This document shows, piece after piece, positions 56,825 through 64,000 of a DNA stretch of 64,000 bases. The translations under genes and the position numbers were made by a program. The stretch lies in NCBI GenBank assembly GCA_009914755.4, contig CP068257.2, positions 29,472,001-29,536,000 on the forward strand, written 5' to 3'. The first letter of the stretch is position 1. Each line of letters opens with the position of its first letter. Under the pieces are notes generated by a model. That model saw only the letters and a list, made by a program, of their open reading frames with translations. It was not told the DNA's origin and did not search any database. This DNA is from the human T2T-CHM13v2.0 reference genome, Homo sapiens.

Positions 56825-58227
56825 AACAGTTGATAATTTCACATTTTTCCACTCATGCTTTGTTATAAAAGCAGACATTTCTGAGACAAAAACAATATGG
56901 ATGAGAAAGAAAAAGTCATTCCTAATGGAAATGTCCTGAAAATTATTCTAATACATTTGCTAAATGGAAAACACAATCACAGCTGCCAGGCGGCCTGGAA
57001 TGCATGACACATGACCGCACTGCCCTGAAGCTAATTAGCATTCATCTCCAGAAACAAGAGTTTTCAATGAGAAGCAGAGAAAAAAGTAGCCAGTGATGAT
57101 GAGGCTTTTTGAGGTTGTCACCCACAGTCACAGGAGAGAGGAGGCGGCTCAGAAAGAGAAAGGCTGCTAGACTGTCCCTGCAGTGTGACATTCCCCTGCC
57201 CCTCCCCAGCGGCTGTGACATTCCAGTACCACCACGCTCAACAACAAGCATACAATTATTTACTTGCTCAACTCTAAAAGGCCACACATAGCAAAAACTG
57301 CTATTCAGTACAAGTGCAAAACATACAGAACTCCAACATGCTTTTTCTTTATGCTGACCGATATCATGTAAAACAGTCCATTTAGAAAGAAACCAAGAAT
57401 ATTACACAAAATCAACAGCTCTAACATATTCAGCTGGAATAAAAAGTGATTATTTGTTTCTGTTTATTTAGTTATTTACACATTTACATCTCTACACTCA
57501 GCCTCGTGCATTCAGACAAGGCTAAATCATGCTTCCGAGTTTAGACAGCTAACGATTGAAAAATTAATTTTCAGCTTATTCTCAAGAAAAGCTTCACACT
57601 TATATAGGAGACGCATCAAAAAATATTTAGCCTTGATCAAGAAACTTCAGGTGTTTTCTTGCTCTTACTTTAAATCATAAAAAGAGACACACAGAAACAT
57701 TAAGCATTAGGAAAAAATTTAAGTGGTTTATGGCTGTATATATAAATGGCCTACAGCACCACTAATAAATTAATTCCTTCTTTTTATGAAACCCAGTATT
57801 TAAAACCAGATGTTAACAATCTGGACACAAGGTAGTTTTAACATAGCCACTAACAAGACAAGACCTGGAGCCAAACCAGGTTTGCATCCTGGTTTTGTCA
57901 TCACAGAGCTGTGTGACCTTCAGCAAGTCGCTTAACCTCTCTGTTCCAGTGCCCTCATCTATAAAATAGGGCAGATAATAGTATCTCCCTCAAGAGTGTT
58001 GTGAGGCTAAGATGAGTTAATATGGAACAGTGCCTAATATATACAAGACCTTAAATAAGTATTACTTCTCATTTACTATTAATAACACACAGTAGAACCC
58101 AGCCACCAAGAACTGCTCATTTAAGCTTTTTGCGTTCAAATACCCTAAGTGAGAAATTTAATTGACCAAAGGTTATTTTAGCTAACTAATTTGAGTTGCA
58201 TGACAAAATTTCAAATAGAGAAGATGA

Positions 58228-58524
<297 letters not shown>

Positions 58525-59853
58525 TAATTTTGAGAAAATTCTGTCCCTTTTTAGAAAGCCCACTAAGAATTTCTACAAGAAAATCTTTGAACAGCACCAT
58601 CTATTTCTATATTTGACCCTTCATGTTCCAGATAAGTTCAAGAGCCTTGTTCTCTGGAAAAAGAACCACGGAGTCAGAGCGACACATGGGACCAGTCAGC
58701 AAAGCCCTGGAGCCTCTTCCGTCCTCTCCACTGCCAGAACCTCATATTATACAGGACTCTGTTTATGACCTCATGACTCACTATATTTAACATGGAAACG
58801 ATCTCTCTCAAAATCCACAAGGAGATGAGAACACTGACCTATCAAAGTAAAGTAAAAATGACCTAATCATTTTGGATCCAATACTTTTTAAGTGTTCAGA
58901 AATAAATGTTTTAGATACAGGAAAAATAGCTATTTGCCTAAATCCAGTTAGAAATTGAAAATTAATATTTTTAGTTCTTATAATACTGTAACTTAATAGA
59001 TACCCTTCAAATTGTCTTACATCAGTATAGAAATATCTGTTTCTCCTGAGGACAACTGACCGACCCCACAAAAGTAAGTGGGTAAAAGAAATGTAAGGGT
59101 CACCTAAATAAAAAGGAACTTTAAGCAGTTGGTTTTTTAAATTTGCCTTAAAAGGAAACATGTGCATTTCCAATGATCTGCTTTTTAATTAACAACCAAC
59201 AACATAATGCCTTTCAGTCTATAAATATTAATGTTGCTTTCAAATATTAAATTTTATATTGTGCCCAACTTAAAAAGACACTGAGAATGAAGATCCTACA
59301 GTCAGGAAAGAGAAACAAATATGGATAAAAGATACTGAAGAATCAAATATGTGCACACAAGAAAGTCCTACAGAATATACACATACAGGGGGAATCAAAA
59401 CAGGAAATGTACAAACGTAGGTTTTCAAAATAATAGTTCATGTTTGAAAAGCATTTTTCCATTATCAATGTGCTTTCTCATAGTTATATTATTTGACCCA
59501 CCCAAAAATCCAATCTCCAAGCAAAGGTAAGAATCACCCTGATTTTGCAGATGAGAAAACAAAAGTATACAGTTATGTGATTTGCTTAGGTTAAGTGACT
59601 AGTAAGCGTCAAGCAAAAAAAAGAGAGATCGTAGAGAAATATACATATCTCAACAACATTATAGAAAAAGATGAATAAGTATGGAAACAAAATCACACGC
59701 AATTGCTTTTTTTGCGGGGGCAGTGTCGTTTGGATTCAGGTAACACAGAGGTTTTAAGTTGGGTTGTGTTTTGAAGACTGTGGTAAAAGAGGCTACTGAC
59801 CCATGGAACTCTTTATGAAGTGGAATAGAAGCATGATAAGTTATGGGCAACAG

Positions 59854-60150
59854 GCCGGGTGCAGTGGCTCACGCCTGTAATCCCAGCACTTTGGGAGGCC
59901 AAGGCGGGTGGATCACGAGGTCAGGAGATCGAGACCATCCTGGCTAACACGGTGAAACCCTGTCTCTACTAAAAATACAAAAAATTAGCAGGGCGTGGTG
60001 GCGGGTGCCTGTAGTCCTAGCTACTCGGGAGGCTGAGGCAGAAGAATGGCGTGAACCCGGGAGGCGGAGCTTGCAGTGAGCCGAGATCACGCCACTGCCC
60101 TCTAGCCTGGGCGACAGAGCGAGACTCCATCTCAAAAAAAAAAAAAAAAA
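59854..60150 (+). mobile_element. Alu SINE (AluY) with a perfect 12-bp target-site duplication ttatgggcaaca and a pure 19-nt A tail
   Basis: ggccgggtgcagtggctcacgcctgtaatcccagcactttgggaggccaaggcgggtggatcacgaggtcaggagatcgagaccatcctggctaacacggtgaaaccc...ggagcttgcagtgagccgagatcacgccactg... Confidence 0.95.
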
Positions 60151-60705
60151 ATTATGGGCAACAATTTCAGTGTCTTGCACCAAAAAGTCAGGAGAACTTT
60201 CTTACTATGTTCAACTAAGGGAAAGTGTATTTGGATTAATTTTAAAATATGGTTTCTTTCCCTTTAACATAAAAGTTGCTCACTTTTAACAAGAGCTGAA
60301 TGCAGGTAATTCAAAAGGAGTTCATTACAGAAACCCTAAGTAGCAAGAAAGCATAGCTGACTCAATCCCACATACTTTTGATGCTGTTTCATCCTACACA
60401 AATGAAGATGTAATAGGGAAATGGAATAAAATTATGGCATTAACTGGGAGCTCCAGCAGTGGCAGAAATTTAAGAAAAGGGATTTTATTTCATTACGAGT
60501 GATTTCTCCCCTATATTCTCACATACAGGTTTGTTACCAAGGCTATAATTTGGATTTCATTTCCTGCTATTCAGCAACATCTCAGAAGCAAAAACACTTC
60601 GTCCATGGAGAGGCCTGGTAACCACATACAGCTGTGTAGGTGACATTGTCAGCTGTGATTCTTCAGTGGTTCAAAGCATGGGATGTGAAAATGAAAATCT
60701 CTCAC

Positions 60706-60809
60706 CTTGCTGCTGTGATCAGTCTCATCTGAGGATTCCAAGTCTGGCCCCTCGGTCTCCTCTGGAGCGGTCTCAGCACTGCTGCCCTGCTCGCTGCAAA
60801 GGCTGTGCC
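60706..60809 (-). CDS. TIAM1: TIAM1 coding exon in the PDZ-DH linker. It encodes (G)HSLCSEQGSSAETAPEETEGPDLESSDETDHSSK. It enters needing 2 bases to complete a codon and ends in phase 0.
   Basis: Reverse-complement translation is open. Acceptor is ctgacAG|GGCAC and donor is AGCAAG|GTGAGA. The protein continues in frame into the next exon (HSSK|STEQ). It matches my memory of TIAM1 exactly. Confidence 0.85.
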
Positions 60810-61024
60810 CTGTCAGATGAAATCAGAAGAAAATGTGGGTCAACATGGACAGTAATTGCTAAAAGCCACCCCTGTGTGAGGGGGACAAGGAATCTCGCTC
60901 ATGACATGTACATATACTGTAAGACCCTCCAAGTACAAGCTCCATCACCTGGGCTCAATCAAATTAAAATGATAGTTGTTACTGTTACTACTAGTATTAT
61001 TACTTTATATTTTTCATAATAAAT

Positions 61025-61400
61025 AATAGTTGTTGTGGATTGAATGTCTTTGTCTCCCCCCATACAAATTCTTATGTTGAAGACCTACCCCTCAATGTAA
61101 TAGTAGTTAGAAGAGGGATGTTTGGGAAGTAATTAAGTTTAGATGAGGTCATGAGGGTGGGGTCCCCATGGATGAGATTAGTGTCATAAGAAGAGATAGA
61201 AACCAGAGTTCGTTTTCTCTCTACCATGTAAGGACACAGTAAAAAGGCAGCCGTCTGTAAGCCAGGAAAAGAGCCCTCACCAGGAAACTGAATTGGTTAG
61301 TACCCAGATGATGGGGCTTCCCAGGCTCTAAAACCATGAGAAATAAATGAGTGTTGTTTAAGCCACTCAGTTTATGGTATTTTGTTACAACAGCCTAAGT
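61025..61400 (+). repeat. Copy B of the same unassigned interspersed repeat family
   Basis: See copy A. The matching landmarks appear in the same order and orientation. Confidence 0.55.
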
Positions 61401-62834
61401 TAAGACAATAATAATTTATAATAAAAGAATATATATATTATATACTAAAAAATTAACTGATTTTGTTGATTTTACAATTAGCAAATTGATGAATTAATTC
61501 ATTAATTACTAAAATAATTAAATAAGCCATACTGAGAACAGTACAACAAAAAAAATGACTGTCCCATATCCATTACCTGAAAAATCCTGCAACGTCTGTT
61601 TTTGCCATGTCTGGCAAACTATAAACATCTTATAATACCTGCTCTTCCCATGATATTCTGTGCAAAAGTGCAAGCAACTTTCTTCCTTTGCTATTTACTG
61701 AGTGCCCACCACAGTGGTTCTCTATAGTGGTCCTCTGCGTTGAGAAGAGAATATGAGGATCACTTTCCCCTGGGGTGCTTCTCAAACTGACAGAGCATCT
61801 GGATCCCCAGGGGAACATGTTTAATGCAGATTCTCATTCAACAGGCATGGGGTTGGGCCTAAGACTGTGTGTTCCTTACTAGCTCCGAATGATACTAATC
61901 AAAACTGCAGGTCCATGGACCACACTTGGAATAGAAAGACTCTAGAACATTAAAAACCTTCTCTAATTGAATCTGAGAAGACAGTGGATTGAGTACCACT
62001 GTCCTAAAATATGAGGCACTGGATCACGGACTAGAGCACTATCAATATAACCAGACAAGAGAGAAGGAAAGAGAAGAAATGGGAGCAGAAGGAGCCCCTG
62101 ATGCTTTAGATGAAAGATTCCGTCTGCAAAGTGGCTACCTTGCTCCAATGACACCATTACAGCTGTAAGCTGCCTGGCAACACTTTCTATTCAGGTCCAA
62201 GCTGGCCAGGAAAGTTAGGGAGGAAGTGGACCCCTGAGCAAACTTGGCACCAATGCTGCCTCCTACCATCCCTTTCTTCTCTGGAATGAAGCACCAACTA
62301 AGTGAGTGTACCCTGAATGGCTTAGAGGTTTCTGTGTGTTTCCCCACCTTTTGGCTCTGGCTCTTGGATTTTCTTGTGTTACTTTTCAGTATTCAATCAC
62401 TCATTACTTGCTCTTAAGGTGGTAGTGGTCAAAGAAGGAAGCTCAGTTAACTTGGCAGATATCATCTATGGCAACTGCCATTGCCAAAGCAAAAGTGCTT
62501 GAATATTTTGCACAGGGGCAATGACCTAGGTACAGGTACTGATCCCTGATGTGGAACAGCTGACAAGCTCATCTGGGAACACAATGGCAACAGCACTCAG
62601 TGCTCTGATCACAGGAACCACAGCATCCTCAGTGGGACGTCCGGAGCAGCCAGGAGGCACGACTGACAGGGGCCCCCTTCACACTGTGGTCTGCAGAATC
62701 ACAACCTCCTGGAGTTGAACAACCCATATACACTGTGCAGAGAAATGCTGTAACCCTGCACATCCCATCGCTCACAATGCCTAGGATAGCTGATGCTCAT
62801 AAAATAGTGGGAAAGCAAATAAAAGGATTTCCTT

Positions 62835-63126
62835 TTTTTTTTTTTTTTTTTTGAGATGGAGTTTCACTCTTGTCACTCAGGCTGGAGTGCAGTGGTGCAA
62901 TCTCAGCTCACTTCAACCTCTGAGTCCTGGGTTCAAGTGATTCTCCTGCCTCAGCCTCCCCAGTAGCTGGGATTACAGGTGTGCACCACCATGTCCGGCT
63001 AACTTTTGTATTTTTAGTAGAGACAGGGTTTCACCATGTTGGTGAGGCTGGTTTTGAACTCCTGAATGCGCCCACCTCGGCCTCCCAAAGTGCTGGGATT
63101 ACAGGCATGAGCCACAGTGCCCGGCT
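62835..63126 (-). mobile_element. Alu SINE with a small internal deletion and a target-site duplication of roughly ggatttc
   Basis: It reads poly-T then gagatggagtttcactcttgtcactcaggctggagtgcagtggtgcaatctcagctcacttcaacc...ggcatgagccacagtgcccggc. Confidence 0.93.
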
Positions 63127-63837
63127 GGATTTTCATTTTTAATAATACCGTTGAGAGCCAGGTTTCCTGAAGAGCAAACAAATAAATCTACAAAACACTT
63201 AGAAATGCTAAATAAAGTAAAACAAATGTCCTTTTTAAACAAAGCTGAGCTCCGAAAACTCTCCAAAGCCCAAATGAAGAAGATAAAGTTGATAAAGGAA
63301 GTGGGGTAGTGTCCATGCTATGGCAGCCTAAGTATATCCATCAATCCCCAAGCCCTAAAACGGCGTTTCCCACAGGGTGTGAGAACCTGTTGGTGTTAGC
63401 AGGGGGACAATTCTTTTGGGACAGAATTGTGCACTTCGTAGGTACACTTGGCACTAGGCTCCCTGGCTCCTGAGCACCAAACGATTAGGACTTGATTGCC
63501 ACTGTGACAATCAAAAATGTACCCACACATTTCCCAACAGCAGCACCACCCAGTTTGAGACCCACTCCCTGGAGCCTTCGGTTTTAACTGTAAGCCCATG
63601 ATACATGATACAGAAAACAGGGCTTGGGTCAGTACAACTTCAGGAGTTAGAAGTGAATGTCCCACATTCATATGGTTCCCCTGAGGGGCTACACCCCTCA
63701 GTCTAAAAAGACATAGACTAAAAGAGAAAAGTGCTCACTGGCAAAAGAAAAAGAGATGGAAAAAGAAATTCTGCCTATACTTTGGGGTAGGAGGGTGGAA
63801 AAGGAATACAGCAGGTTTCTTCCCTGAGATTCTTATT

Positions 63838-64000
63838 ATTTTTTTTTTTTTTTGGAGACGTAGTTTCACTCTGTCGACCAGGCTGGAGTGCAGTGGTGTG
63901 ATCTCAGTTCACTGCAACCTCCGCCCCATGGGTTCAAGTGATTCTCCTGCCTCAGCCTCCTGAGTAGCTGGGATTACAGGTGCCCGTCACCACGCTGGCT
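63838..64000 (-). mobile_element. Alu SINE, cut off by the window end
   Basis: It reads poly-T then ggagacgtagtttcactctgtcgaccaggctggagtgcagtggtgtgatctcagttcactgcaacctccgcc... Confidence 0.9.

Noticed and set aside
62500-62720. Minus-strand open stretch of about 47 codons ending at a plausible donor (ATCAG|GTACCT), considered as the TIAM1 exon preceding 60706-60809
   Set aside because: The translation does not give the expected upstream TIAM1 sequence (...LAFLTSNP-G). A TGA lies immediately upstream in frame and the acceptor context is poor. The true upstream exon probably lies beyond the window end, above 64000.

Overview
This window is human (primate) genomic DNA, not a prokaryotic locus. 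It holds at least 26 Alu SINEs, a MaLR/THE1 LTR nest, an L1 3' end, a MADE1 MITE and many microsatellites. CpG is depleted and exons are small and split by long introns. The only protein-coding content I can support is the 3' half of a Dbl-family RhoGEF gene on the minus strand. Translation of its splice-consistent exons gives the DH (RhoGEF) domain, the C-terminal PH domain and a C-terminus ending ...EEVIWVRREDFAPSRKLNTEI*. I recognise this as TIAM1 (chr21q22.11). The sequence HSLCSEQGSSAETAPEETEGPDLESSDETDHSSK|STEQVAAFC, which I recalled before translating the 60706-60809 exon, matched exactly. Thirteen coding exons from 60809 down to the stop at 16113 are mapped, all with canonical AG/GT boundaries and consistent phases, followed by a roughly 1.95 kb 3' UTR ending near an AATAAA at 14177-14182. 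The region below about 14.1 kb is downstream flank dominated by repeats. Most entries in the six-frame ORF track are spurious; several are Alu consensus read in open frames. I see no evidence for a novel biological system in the prokaryotic sense. The most interesting items are a candidate internal promoter and alternative first exon at about 56.2-56.7 kb, in frame with the DH-domain exon, and an intronic element at about 53.26-53.52 kb that closely resembles a teleost tRNA-derived SINE, which would make it an exapted ancient SINE. All coordinates were derived by hand and may be off by a few bp.
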